A stretch of 45,484 bases of DNA from a bacterium (GTDB lineage: Bacteria > UBA9089 > CG2-30-40-21 > SBAY01), in contig JBFMDD010000018.1 in assembly GCA_040754115.1 (NCBI GenBank), forward strand, positions 1-45,484. Direction: 5' to 3'. Under the pieces are notes generated by a model that had not been told where the DNA came from, did not search any database, and saw nothing but the letters and a program-made list of their open reading frames with translations. A program made the translations under genes and the position numbers. Shown here piece after piece: positions 33,114 through 42,642 of this stretch; within the stretch, counting starts at the first letter, position 1; every line of letters starts with the position of its first letter.

Positions 33114-33296
33114 TCACCCGGCTAATTGCTGAAATAGTTTTTTATCTTTCACAGGTAGCTTATCTAAGTCAAAGATATCTTCTTTACTATCATCTTCTAT
33201 CTTGTCATCAAAGAGTATTGAAATTAATGATAAGGGAGTTAAAAATTGTTTATTAAAAAATTGTCTTCGCGTAATCTTTTCATTAACCTCTTTCAT
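33114..33296 (-). CDS. 60-aa ORF with a twin-arginine-like motif and an acidic tail; function unknown
   Basis: MKEVNEKITRRQFFNKQFLTPLSLISILFDDKIEDDSKEDIFDLDKLPVKDKKLFQQLAG. It ends 7 nt before the rSAM ATG, and the rSAM SD (GGTGAGG) lies within its last codons. Confidence 0.4.
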   Translation of the reverse strand: MKEVNEKITRRQFFNKQFLTPLSLISILFDDKIEDDSKEDIFDLDKLPVKDKKLFQQLAG

Positions 33297-33326
33297 AGCT
33301 TTTATACCTATTAAGGTTCTTTCTTT

Positions 33327-36300
33327 TTATTCTATTGTTGGCGGGAGGTTGACATGGATTTTGACTTTCTTTGTATCTTCTCCACCTTTACCATCGGTTA
33401 CTTTGAAGGTTATTTGATAAGTACCATTCTGGTCTTTGGTAGGACGCCAACTGAAAATTTTAGTTTCTTTAGAAAAACTTGCACCTTCGGGTAAAGAGGA
33501 TATAGCATAAGTTAATTTGTCATCATCTGGATCAAAGCCTGAAACATTGAATTGTAATAATTCACCTATATTTATTATTGTATCTTTTATTATAGATAGT
33601 GTAGGAGATATATTTTTATCAATTATAGTTAATACCCAATTTTGAAGTACTACAGATGTTCCATCTGTTATAGTTAAAATTAGTGTTTTAATTCCTGCAT
33701 CTATATGACTTGGAGTGTATGTCCATGCGTTATCAGTAGATTTTTCTACTCCATCCAGTTTCCAATTATATTTTATTTCATCATGATTAGGGTCTGATGC
33801 ATATACCTCAAAGGTTAATGGCTCCCCTTCAAATATAGTTGGTGATAAATCTACTGGTGTGTACGACCAGATTATTGGCGAAGGATTAAATGTAGTAAAC
33901 TTCCAGGTAACTGGTTTTTGGAGATAATTACCCATTATATCTCTTGCCTCCATTGAAACACTCACTGTATATTTTGTATTTCCTGATAAATCAGAGATAG
34001 GTGTAAAAATAAGTTTATTTGCCCTCCATGTAAAACTGCCTAAGGTATCAGGCGTAATAGAAAATGCCTGTATTACTGACTCCTCATCCATCTTTTCACT
34101 AAAAGTGATTGTAATAACTTCTTCAGGTGAAACATTACTCCCAGTTGGAGTATAAGCTATTATCTTGGGGAAAATACTGTCTTTAGGAATCCCTACATAC
34201 TGAGCAGAAGGCATAGATTTATTCCCATAAATATCAAAGGTAAAGAAGGTGTAATAATAAGGTAAATTATTGACCAGAGCAGTATCAATATAAGTAGTCT
34301 CTTTTATTCCATCTGCTATAAGATTTCCTAATTTACCTTTAACAATCGAGCGATAAATCTGAACATGTGAGAATAAAAATGCCTTTTCTTTTGGCTTTTG
34401 CCAGCTTAATTTTAATTTCTCTCCTCCTTCTAAAGGTGTAATAGAGACTTCTGTTGGTAATGAAGGAGGTAGCGTTAATGTTATGCCAGAAGAGGATCTG
34501 CAATATTCTGAACTACCATTTTTATTAAATGCCTTTATTCTATAATAATAAGTTGTATCTGGAAGGAGATTTTTATCTTGATAATTGGTGGTATTCGGTA
34601 AGAGAATTGTCAATTGAGTATAAGCCTCATGCGGCGTACCTCGTTCAACAATAAAGCCTGATTCATCTTTTGAGTTATCCCTAAAGCTAATGTTTATCTG
34701 AGAATAAAACACTACCTCTGTAACTAAATTATCCGGAGCAATCGGTGGTTTATACCCTTTACCTATGGCATATAGTTGCCCATTATTAGCTCCTACATAA
34801 ACAGTCCCATCTTTACCAATATTCGGAGATGTACTAATTTTAGAGTCAATAGTATAATTCCATTTTAACTTCCCATTTTTTGATATACAACATAAATTAT
34901 AATCCTTTGAGATGGCATATATATTTCCCGCAGAATCAATTATTGGACTAAAAGTACTCCACCCAATAGGATATTCCCATAGAATTTTACCATTTTGTGC
35001 CACAGCTCTTAAACTACCTTCTTGAGAATTCCAACATATATTATAATAAATTATACCATCAGGAGTTATAATTGGTGAGAAATTCAGCCAACCTTTTCCC
35101 TCATGCTCAATTTTAAATCGAATCGTTCCTTGAGGAGTGAAAGAATAAAGTGCATTATTAAGTCCAATATAAACATTCCCATTTGAGTCGATTGCAGGGG
35201 CTGTAATAGCCTCACCTGCGGTTGTATATTCCCATTTAAGCATACCAGTTGAATCAAGGCAAAATAGCCCACCATCTATTCCTTTTGCACCGATGTAGAT
35301 ATTTCCATTAACATCAATTGCTGGAGTGAAAGAAATCATTCCACCACCAATATAGCTTGACCACCTGAGTCTTCCATCTGGATGAATAGAATATACCTTC
35401 CCATTCCATGTAAATACATGAATTGCAAAATTATGTCCAATTACAGGAGAGCTCTCAATCGGGAATTTAATAGGATATTTCCACTTTAATGTCCCATCTG
35501 GTAATATAGCATATAGATTTTTATCCGAAGATAATACATAGATTACTCCATCCTCACCAATTACTGGTGATGTATTTATCGCTCCTTGCGTAGGATAACG
35601 CCATATTAATTCACCTTTGGAAGAAAGACAATAAAGATATGAATCTTCTGAACCTATATAAATCCTTCCTTTAGTATCAATTAAAGGATTAGAGCGATAA
35701 ATTCTATATTTAGTAGGATATGTCCACGAAAGGGCAGGAGAATCTATACCTGAATAAGGACTTATACCAGCTGGTTGAATTTTAGGTGCTGGTTTAGGCG
35801 GTGCAAGATGTGTCTTAACCATGGTTATATTTGAGTAGTCAGAGTTACCATCCTGATTATACGCCCTTACACAATAGTAGTAAGTTGTATTTGGAGTAAG
35901 TTGTATATCATGATATGAGGTAGTGTTTGCAAGGGTAACAGCTACCTGAACAAACTCTTTCTCATCTATAGTTTTGCGCTCTATTTTAAATCCCAACTCA
36001 TTATCTGAATTATCTTTCCATGTAAGTTTTATCTCGAAGTGAGAAATAGGTATTGCTTCCAGGTCAGTTGGAGGTGAAGGAGTAATTTGAGTTATTTCTG
36101 TAGAAACCTCTTCTGAGTATTTAGAGTATCCTTCATCATTATATGCACGGATTCGATATAGATAAGTAACTTTTGGTAAAAGCCCGGTATCCTGATATTC
36201 AGTTATATCCTTTGATACTGTATTTAGTTGTATATAGGTACCATCTTCTTGCTTCCTTTCTATTTCAAATCCTAATTCATTTATAGAGTTATCCTGCCAT

Positions 36301-39300
36301 GTCAATTTTATTTTATCCGGTAATAAATGTGAAATGCGAAGATTGGTTGGTGCAATAGGTACAACATCTAATGTTTTACACTCTACTTTATTGGAATAAT
36401 ATGAATCCCCAAGAGAATTATAAGCACATATGCGATAATAGTAAGTAGTATTTGGAACTAAATTTTTATCCTGATATGTAGTGGTATTGGCTAAAGTAAG
36501 AGCAATTTGCGTGTAGGCTTTTTCATCCTCGCTTCGTTCTATCTTAAATCCTCGTTCATTCTTTGAATTATCTTGCCAACTAAGTTCTATTTGAGTAGTT
36601 GAAATAGGTTTTGCAAGTAAATCAAATGGTGGATAAGGAAGGGTATCTTTTGTAGTAACCCCTTGCTCATTTGAATAACTGGAGTTACCTGCTTGATTAT
36701 ATGCCCTTATTCGATAATAATAAGTTGTATTTGGTTCTAAATATTTATCTTCATATATAGTAACATTTGCTCCAAGTATGAACATCTCCTCATAATTTTT
36801 ACCTTCTTCTTTTCGCTCAAGTTTAAATCCTAACTCATTATCTGAATTATCCAGCCATGATAAATTTATCTGATTTGAAGAAATAGCGTTAACTTTAAGA
36901 TTTGTTGGAACAAATGGCACAACAGGTAAAGTAGCAATCGTCAGTAAATTTGAGTATTCAGAGTTACCAATCCAATTGTATGCCCTTACTCGATAGCAAT
37001 AAGTTGTATTAGGAGTAAGGTCACAATCTTGATAAGAAGTGGTATCTTGGTTCAAAATGGCTATTTGAGTATAAGCTAATTCGGTATCAGCCCTTCTTTC
37101 TACCTTAAATCCTACCTCATTATTTGAGTTGTCTTGCCAGAAGAGTTTTATCCGTGTACTTAGATTTGATACCCCGGTTAAATCAGTAGGTGGTGCAGGT
37201 AATATATCCAATGTCCTTACGCCAGATACTGTTGAATAATCAGAATCACCTAACTTATTGTATGCTCTTATACGATAATAATAAGTAGTATCTTTTCTAA
37301 GTCCTTTATCTATATACGAAGTAGTATTAGGAGGTAAAATTTTTATCTGAACATATTCTTGTAGAGGTAATGCTCGCTCTAATTTAAACCCTTGTTCATT
37401 ATTTGAATTATCCTGCCATGCAAGTTCTATCGCACTTTTTGAAATAGGCTTAACCTGTAAATTAGTTGGTGCTGGAGGTGGAGCATCTGTGGTTTTAACC
37501 ATGATTTCTTTTGAATAATTTGATAAACCTACATCATTATAAGCTACTACTCGATAAAAGTAAGTAGTTAATGGAGTTACAGTTGTGTCTTTTAAAGTTG
37601 TAGTATTAGCTGGTAGTACTTCAATTAAGGCATATTCCCCATCTGGTTTTCTTCTTTCAACTTTAAAACCTTGTTCATTGTCTGAATTATCCTTCCACTC
37701 AAGAACTACCTTGTTTGATGAAACCTGTATTGTTTTCAAATTACGAGGTGGTAGTGGCGGTAAAGACTTAGTTGTAACCTCAACTTCATTTGAATAATCA
37801 GAATTACCCATATCATTAAAAGATAAGACTCGATATGAATAAGAAGTAGCTGGTGTTAAGTTCGTATCTTGAAATGAAGTACTATTGGCAGGCAGGGTTT
37901 TTATCTGGGTATATTCTTTTATTTTTCTTTCGACTTTAAATCCTTGCTCATTATCTGATGTATCAAGCCATGTAAGACTTACTGCTGTTGATGAAAAATT
38001 TATTACCTTTAGCTCTTTTGGAGCAGTAGGAGGTGGAGTTTTTGTAGTAACAGTTATTTCATTGGAATATTCAGACATTCCAACTTCATTATAAGCCACT
38101 ATACGATATGAATAATTGGTTCCAGGACTAATATTTACATCTTGGAAGGTGGTAATATTTGGGTCTACAGTATTTATTAAAATGTATTTTTCATCCTTTA
38201 ATTTTCTCTCTATCCGAAATCCTTGTTCATCTTCTGAGTTATCTGTCCAGGAAAGTGTTATTTGGGTAACTGATACATCTATCGTCTCTAGATCAGTTGG
38301 AGGATTTGGAGGTAATGAAGGTAATAAAGACTTAGTGGTAGCTTCATTCTGGACTGAATATTCAGAAAAGCCCATTTTATTATAAGCCACTACGCGATAT
38401 ATGTAGGTAGTACCTGGGTTAAGCGCTACATCTAAAAATGAGGTAGAGTCAGGTGGTAAAATTTTTATTAAGGTATAACTTTGGTCTTTTAGTTTACGAT
38501 AGATTCTATATCCTAATTCATTATCTGCATTATCCTGCCAGGTAAGCATTATCTCTTCAGAAGATACTGAAGTTATAAGAAGATTAGTAGGTGAATCAGG
38601 AGGTGTAATCTTTTCCTTTTCCACTACTTCCTTTACTTCCTCTATCTTCTCTATCTTCTCTATCTTCTCTATCTTCTTTACTTCTTCTATTTTCTTCTTT
38701 ATTGGCTTAGGAATTGTGACCTTAGGTTTTGTAGGGGTTATTGGTGTAATTTCAGAGCCAATAGCATATAAATTCCTATCCCGACTACCAACATAAATAG
38801 TTCCATCCTGACCTATAGCTAAAGATGTTGGACCATGTCCAACATCACAACTCCAAATTATCCTTCCTTCTTTTGGCTCAACCGCATGAACTTTACCATC
38901 AAAAGAGGCAATATAAATTATACCATCTGAAGTAATAACAGGTGCAGAATTAAAAATCCTACCTGTTTTTGCACACCAAATACCTTTAGAAGTAATACCG
39001 TAAAGTCCCTCATTGCTACCAATGTAAATAAAACCATCTTTTGATATAGCAGGGGAAGAGTAAATAGGAGAGTCAAGTTGGATAGAAAGTAGATTTTCAT
39101 CTTTAGTTATAACTAATATAAGTCTATTTGAACAACCTACATAAATATTTCCTTCTGAATCGATTGCAGGTGATGAGAAGGCGGATATTTTAAGATCTTT
39201 TTTAAATCTAATGCTTCCATCTTTGTTTATTGCATGTAGAGTACCATCATTACAGCCAATGTAAATTATGCCCTCATTACTAATAGCAGGCGAAGACTGG

Positions 39301-39848
39301 ATGCTACTCAATGTTTGATATTTCCATTTTAGACTTCCATCTTTATTTACTGCATGAAGGCTACCATCTTCACATCCAACAAAGATTGTTTCATCCTGAC
39401 CAATAGCAATAGAAGATGACTTAATCTTACTTTCAGTAGAATAAACCCATTGACTTTCACCATCAGAGTTAAAACACAAAAGATGCCCATTGCTTACACC
39501 CAGATAGAGATTACCATTTTTTGAGATAGCAGGTGTAGAATCAATTTTAACTCCAATGGATATAATCTTTTCCTTTTTGCCAGAAGAAGAAATAATGTGT
39601 AAATTTCCATCTTCTGTTGCCAGATAGATTCTTCCTGAGGAATCTATTATTGGCGAGGCAAAGATATAACTATTGGCAAAATAACTCCATTTAATGATGG
39701 GTTGCTTTATCCCACTATAGGTACTTCTTCCAGAGCGTTGTGGGTCATGTTGAAACATAGGCCAACTACTTGTAGCTTCAACACCATTAGCCTTTAACGG
39801 GCTTAATATTAACAACCCTAATAATATTATCCACTTGCAACTCCTCAT
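33327..39848 (-). CDS. Giant secreted multidomain protein: signal peptide, beta-propeller 1, 10 tandem FN3, beta-propeller 2, 2 further FN3-like domains, then Big_5-like and Ig/cadherin-like domains
   Basis: The signal peptide MRSCKWIILLGLLILSPLKANG starts at ATG 39848; the tracked 39929 start overlaps rpsU. PQQ/BamB-like repeats (..DGxLYAI..G...W.Y) fall at about 38754-39767 and 34758-35732. FN3 units have the pattern P.PPTNL...I.L.W.DNSDNE.GF.IERK....Y..I....NTT.Y.D..L.P.TTYYYR.RAYN..G.S.YS. No TM, LPXTG or other anchor was recognised at the C-terminus. Confidence 0.85.
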   Translation of the reverse strand: MRSCKWIILLGLLILSPLKANGVEATSSWPMFQHDPQRSGRSTYSGIKQPIIKWSYFANSYIFASPIIDSSGRIYLATEDGNLHIISSSGKKEKIISIGVKIDSTPAISKNGNLYLGVSNGHLLCFNSDGESQWVYSTESKIKSSSIAIGQDETIFVGCEDGSLHAVNKDGSLKWKYQTLSSIQSSPAISNEGIIYIGCNDGTLHAINKDGSIRFKKDLKISAFSSPAIDSEGNIYVGCSNRLILVITKDENLLSIQLDSPIYSSPAISKDGFIYIGSNEGLYGITSKGIWCAKTGRIFNSAPVITSDGIIYIASFDGKVHAVEPKEGRIIWSCDVGHGPTSLAIGQDGTIYVGSRDRNLYAIGSEITPITPTKPKVTIPKPIKKKIEEVKKIEKIEKIEKIEEVKEVVEKEKITPPDSPTNLLITSVSSEEIMLTWQDNADNELGYRIYRKLKDQSYTLIKILPPDSTSFLDVALNPGTTYIYRVVAYNKMGFSEYSVQNEATTKSLLPSLPPNPPTDLETIDVSVTQITLSWTDNSEDEQGFRIERKLKDEKYILINTVDPNITTFQDVNISPGTNYSYRIVAYNEVGMSEYSNEITVTTKTPPPTAPKELKVINFSSTAVSLTWLDTSDNEQGFKVERKIKEYTQIKTLPANSTSFQDTNLTPATSYSYRVLSFNDMGNSDYSNEVEVTTKSLPPLPPRNLKTIQVSSNKVVLEWKDNSDNEQGFKVERRKPDGEYALIEVLPANTTTLKDTTVTPLTTYFYRVVAYNDVGLSNYSKEIMVKTTDAPPPAPTNLQVKPISKSAIELAWQDNSNNEQGFKLERALPLQEYVQIKILPPNTTSYIDKGLRKDTTYYYRIRAYNKLGDSDYSTVSGVRTLDILPAPPTDLTGVSNLSTRIKLFWQDNSNNEVGFKVERRADTELAYTQIAILNQDTTSYQDCDLTPNTTYCYRVRAYNWIGNSEYSNLLTIATLPVVPFVPTNLKVNAISSNQINLSWLDNSDNELGFKLERKEEGKNYEEMFILGANVTIYEDKYLEPNTTYYYRIRAYNQAGNSSYSNEQGVTTKDTLPYPPFDLLAKPISTTQIELSWQDNSKNERGFKIERSEDEKAYTQIALTLANTTTYQDKNLVPNTTYYYRICAYNSLGDSYYSNKVECKTLDVVPIAPTNLRISHLLPDKIKLTWQDNSINELGFEIERKQEDGTYIQLNTVSKDITEYQDTGLLPKVTYLYRIRAYNDEGYSKYSEEVSTEITQITPSPPTDLEAIPISHFEIKLTWKDNSDNELGFKIERKTIDEKEFVQVAVTLANTTSYHDIQLTPNTTYYYCVRAYNQDGNSDYSNITMVKTHLAPPKPAPKIQPAGISPYSGIDSPALSWTYPTKYRIYRSNPLIDTKGRIYIGSEDSYLYCLSSKGELIWRYPTQGAINTSPVIGEDGVIYVLSSDKNLYAILPDGTLKWKYPIKFPIESSPVIGHNFAIHVFTWNGKVYSIHPDGRLRWSSYIGGGMISFTPAIDVNGNIYIGAKGIDGGLFCLDSTGMLKWEYTTAGEAITAPAIDSNGNVYIGLNNALYSFTPQGTIRFKIEHEGKGWLNFSPIITPDGIIYYNICWNSQEGSLRAVAQNGKILWEYPIGWSTFSPIIDSAGNIYAISKDYNLCCISKNGKLKWNYTIDSKISTSPNIGKDGTVYVGANNGQLYAIGKGYKPPIAPDNLVTEVVFYSQINISFRDNSKDESGFIVERGTPHEAYTQLTILLPNTTNYQDKNLLPDTTYYYRIKAFNKNGSSEYCRSSSGITLTLPPSLPTEVSITPLEGGEKLKLSWQKPKEKAFLFSHVQIYRSIVKGKLGNLIADGIKETTYIDTALVNNLPYYYTFFTFDIYGNKSMPSAQYVGIPKDSIFPKIIAYTPTGSNVSPEEVITITFSEKMDEESVIQAFSITPDTLGSFTWRANKLIFTPISDLSGNTKYTVSVSMEARDIMGNYLQKPVTWKFTTFNPSPIIWSYTPVDLSPTIFEGEPLTFEVYASDPNHDEIKYNWKLDGVEKSTDNAWTYTPSHIDAGIKTLILTITDGTSVVLQNWVLTIIDKNISPTLSIIKDTIINIGELLQFNVSGFDPDDDKLTYAISSLPEGASFSKETKIFSWRPTKDQNGTYQITFKVTDGKGGEDTKKVKIHVNLPPTIE
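35808..38606 (-). repeat. Ten tandem ~280-bp coding repeats (FN3 modules) within the giant gene
   Basis: aa 442-1374 of the tracked ORF divide into 10 units of about 93 aa with the conserved W.DNS.NE.GF..ER and TY.YR..AYN motifs. Confidence 0.85.
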
Positions 39849-39861
39849 ATATAAAGGCAAT

Positions 39862-40035
39862 TTAGAACCTCTTTTTTCTGCGAGCGATAATTCTTCTTCT
39901 TCTCTCACTCGGCTTTTCATAATACTCACGTTTCTTCATTTCAGTAATTATCCCTGCTGATTGGCATGAGCGTTTAAATCTCCTTAACGCATTATCAATA
40001 GATTCATCATCTCGAATCTTTATTCCTGCCGGCAT
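39862..40035 (-). CDS. rpsU: 30S ribosomal protein S21
   Basis: [60 protein letters not shown] at 40033-40035. The longer tracked ORF start (40098) is rejected. Confidence 0.9.
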   Translation of the reverse strand: MPAGIKIRDDESIDNALRRFKRSCQSAGIITEMKKREYYEKPSERRRRIIARRKKRF

Positions 40036-40117
40036 ACATTTTTCAACTCCCTTCTTATTTGCTAATTGGTTAAATGGTAACTGGTTAGTAGTTACCAATT
40101 AAAAACATCTCCAGAAT

Positions 40118-40459
40118 TTATCCAGGAGGCCAGTCCATTTTTCTGCCACCTAAAAGATGAAAATGAATATGAAACACTTCCTGTCCAGCATCTTTATTAC
40201 AATTCGTTACCACTCTAAAACCACTACCTTCAATATTATTTTTAGCAGCTAATTCTTTAGCGACTAAATAAACATGCCCAATTAAGTCCTTATCTACCTC
40301 TTCTAAATCTAAGATAGTAGGGATATGTTTTTTAGGAACAATCAAAAGATGTATTGGTGCTTGCGGTGAAATATCTGCAAAGGCAACTACTTTATCATCT
40401 TGATGAATTAGCTTTGCTGGTATTTCACTATTGATAATTTTACAAAATATACAATCCAT
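40118..40459 (-). CDS. HIT-family (histidine triad, Hint-like) nucleotide hydrolase
   Basis: MDCIFCKII..., APIHLLIVPKKH, and the histidine triad HIHFHLLGG. Confidence 0.9.
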   Translation of the reverse strand: MDCIFCKIINSEIPAKLIHQDDKVVAFADISPQAPIHLLIVPKKHIPTILDLEEVDKDLIGHVYLVAKELAAKNNIEGSGFRVVTNCNKDAGQEVFHIHFHLLGGRKMDWPPG

Positions 40460-40516
40460 TTTATTCCTTTGAAAATAGTAAGTTTGTTGTTTGGAGTTCG
40501 CTTGCCTGTATATCTC

Positions 40517-41008
40517 CTATGCGGCTATTTTCTTTTGTATCTCCTTTTTTATCTCAGCTATATCTTGTTCCATCTTAATAACTCTTATATCTAATTTTTC
40601 ATGCTCTTCTCGTCTTACAATTACCTCATAAAGCTGATTTATCCTGTAATTTGTTCCATCTATTCTTTTATTTGTTTCATCTATCCTTTTATTTGTTTCA
40701 TCTATCCGAAGAGTATTCTTTCCTATCTCCTCCTTCAATTCTACCCTCAATTCATTTATTTCATTCCTCAATTCTACCCTCAATTCATCTATTCTCTTGT
40801 TCGTATCATCTATTCGCCTACTTTGATCAACAAGATGAGTATTAATATTATCAAGTCGTTTATTAATATCATCAACTCGTTTGTTGGTAAGTTCTAAAAT
40901 TGTCTTAATCTCTTTATTCTCTGCCTTCATTATCTCAAATTCAGGTAGTATAAACTCTTGTATAATCTTTTTTATAGTGTCACCTATCTCCATTCTTTTC
41001 TCCTCCAA
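40517..41008 (-). CDS. Coiled-coil protein with internal tandem repeats (hypothetical)
   Basis: 163 aa. Contains repeated NKRIDETNKRIDETNKRIDGTN (21-bp DNA repeats) and ELRVELRNEINELRVELKEEI (33-bp repeats). No enzymatic motif. Confidence 0.6.
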   Translation of the reverse strand: MEEKRMEIGDTIKKIIQEFILPEFEIMKAENKEIKTILELTNKRVDDINKRLDNINTHLVDQSRRIDDTNKRIDELRVELRNEINELRVELKEEIGKNTLRIDETNKRIDETNKRIDGTNYRINQLYEVIVRREEHEKLDIRVIKMEQDIAEIKKEIQKKIAA

Positions 41009-41022
41009 TCTTCACGACATTC

Positions 41023-41595
41023 TTACTTCGATGCACTTAAATATTTCTCATACCCTAATTCCTTCAATCTTTTATTTTTTTCTTCTAATTCTTTAGCTAA
41101 ATTATCACGATATTCTTTAAGTTGGGCATAAAGAGTAGGATATTTTAAAGCTAAAATTTGTATGGCTAAAAGCCCTGCATTTTTCGCCCCTATCTCTCCA
41201 ATGGACATCGTTGCTACCGGGATACCACCCGGCATTTGAAGAATAGAATATAAGGCATCAAATCCTTCAAGAGGAGATTTTTCGTTTGCAAGAGGCACGC
41301 CAATAACCGGTAAAAGTGTTTGCGAGGCGACTACTCCCGGTAATGCCGCTGATAATCCAGCACCACAGATTATTACTTCTATACCTTTTTCAACTGCTTT
41401 TTGTGCATATTCTACAGTCTTTTTTAGTGTCTTATGGGCAGAGGTAAGAACTATTTCATATTTAATTTTAAAAGCCTCTAAAATTTTAATTGTTTGACTC
41501 ATCACATTAAGGTCAGAATCACTACCAATAAAAATTCCTATCAGGATTTTATCCACCTTACCTCCACCATTTTGAATCTTTTCATACGAATTCAA
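41023..41595 (-). CDS. purE: N5-carboxyaminoimidazole ribonucleotide mutase / AIR carboxylase PurE
   Basis: IGIFIGSDSDLNVM, SAHKT, and CGAGLSAALPGVVASQTLLPVIGVP motifs. Confidence 0.9.
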   Translation of the reverse strand: MNSYEKIQNGGGKVDKILIGIFIGSDSDLNVMSQTIKILEAFKIKYEIVLTSAHKTLKKTVEYAQKAVEKGIEVIICGAGLSAALPGVVASQTLLPVIGVPLANEKSPLEGFDALYSILQMPGGIPVATMSIGEIGAKNAGLLAIQILALKYPTLYAQLKEYRDNLAKELEEKNKRLKELGYEKYLSASK

Positions 41596-41764
41596 CAGGA
41601 TTAAACTGATTTAACAGATTTTATATCTGTTAAAAATCCTGCTGAAAAAATTCAACCTGTGTAATCAATAAATTCATCACACAGACACAGAGAAAAAATT
41701 AATAGACATCTTAATTCCATCCCTCTGTGCCTCTATATCCCTGTGGTAATTTAAACTTGTTTTA

Positions 41765-41793
41765 ATTATAACATATAATAAAAATTAAGTCAA
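41765..41793 (-). promoter_or_regulatory. Promoter candidate for purE (TTGACT - 17 nt - TATAAT on the minus strand)
   Basis: On the minus strand, -35 at 41788-41793 and -10 at 41765-41770. This leaves a ~160-nt hairpin-rich leader. Confidence 0.45.
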
Positions 41794-41911
41794 CTAAAAT
41801 TTTAGACTACAGCATAATCCGTCAGTGGGAGTGTTGCGTAGGACTTAAAGCTATATCTATGGTCCGATGAAGCAGGAATACTATGCTGATAAAAAATATA
41901 CAAAAAAATAC

Positions 41912-41940
41912 TTTACAAACCAGAGGATTTTAAGTATACT
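41912..41940 (+). promoter_or_regulatory. Promoter (TTTACA - 17 nt - TATACT) upstream of the first MNT/HEPN pair; duplicated at 43028
   Basis: AAAAATACTTTACAAACCAGAGGATTTTAAGTATACT is near-identical to 43021-43056. Confidence 0.5.
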
Positions 41941-41967
41941 AATAAAGTAATTAATGAAATCTTTAGG

Positions 41968-42237
41968 GTGGATTATTGGGGCATTGGCAAGCAAGCAAGA
42001 GATTATGAAATAGCAAAGAAACTCAAAGAAGGGTTGTCTAATGTAGTTGAGTTAGTTGATATTAGAATATTTGGCTCGCGAGTAAGAGGAGATGCGGATG
42101 AATATTCGGATTTGGATGTTTTTATTGAGGTTGAGTATCTCGATAAAAAACTGGAAGATAGGGTGGATAATATCGTCTGGGAGGTAGGCTTTAAGCATGA
42201 AGTATATATTTCTCCACTTATATTTAACGCTAGATGA
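41968..42237 (+). CDS. Minimal nucleotidyltransferase (MNT-type antitoxin of an MNT/HEPN module)
   Basis: IFGSRVRGDADEYSDLDVFIEV (GSxxRGxxxxxSDxD NTase motif). GTG start, with an uncertain 5' end. Confidence 0.75.
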   Translation: MDYWGIGKQARDYEIAKKLKEGLSNVVELVDIRIFGSRVRGDADEYSDLDVFIEVEYLDKKLEDRVDNIVWEVGFKHEVYISPLIFNAR

Positions 42238-42401
42238 AATTGAAAAATCACCTTTACGAGTATCGCCTATTGTTAAAAATATTTCTGAAGAGGGGGTGCG
42301 AATATGACGGATAAGGAAATACTTTTTTCGTACAGATTAAGGCAGGCAGAAGAAACACTTCACGATGCCGAAAAAATGTTACTGGGAGACTTTACACCTA
42401 G

Positions 42402-42638
42402 TACCGTGTTAGCTAAGTTCTTTCACAGTTTAAGAGATTATAAGCAGTCAGTCATTAAAGTATTAGCAATAGTGAATAGAAATTGGTGACCAAAGAACAA
42501 TAAATTTCCATAAATTTCTATTAATTTAAACTTATTTCCTTAATTTCCTTAATTTCCTTAATTTCCTTAATTATAAGCTGATATTGAGCATTTTTGCCTC
42601 AATATCGAAAACTGTGAAAAAATTTACTTAACACGGTA
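42402..42638 (+). mobile_element. MITE family D, copy 1 (237 bp), termini TACCGTGTTA / TAACACGGTA, flanked by CTAG
   Basis: CTAG at 42398-42401 and 42639-42642. It has a 10-bp perfect TIR and contains a 9-nt array (TTCCTTAAT x4). Confidence 0.75.
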
Positions 42639-42642
42639 CTAG

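Noticed and set aside
35808-38606. Nucleotide repeats of about 280 bp that might be a CRISPR-like or satellite array
   Set aside because: They lie in one continuous 2,200-codon ORF and encode ten FN3 modules. The periodicity is explained by protein domain repeats.
41596-41764. Possible purine or ZTP riboswitch in the ~160-nt purE leader (nested hairpins CAGGATT..AACAGAT-ataaa-ATCTGTT..AATCCTG and CACAGAG/CTCTGTG)
   Set aside because: I could not find the conserved cores of the purine (..UAUAAU..GUUUCUACC..) or ZTP/pfl motifs. The stems resemble the local repeat families instead. A covariance-model scan would be needed to revisit this.
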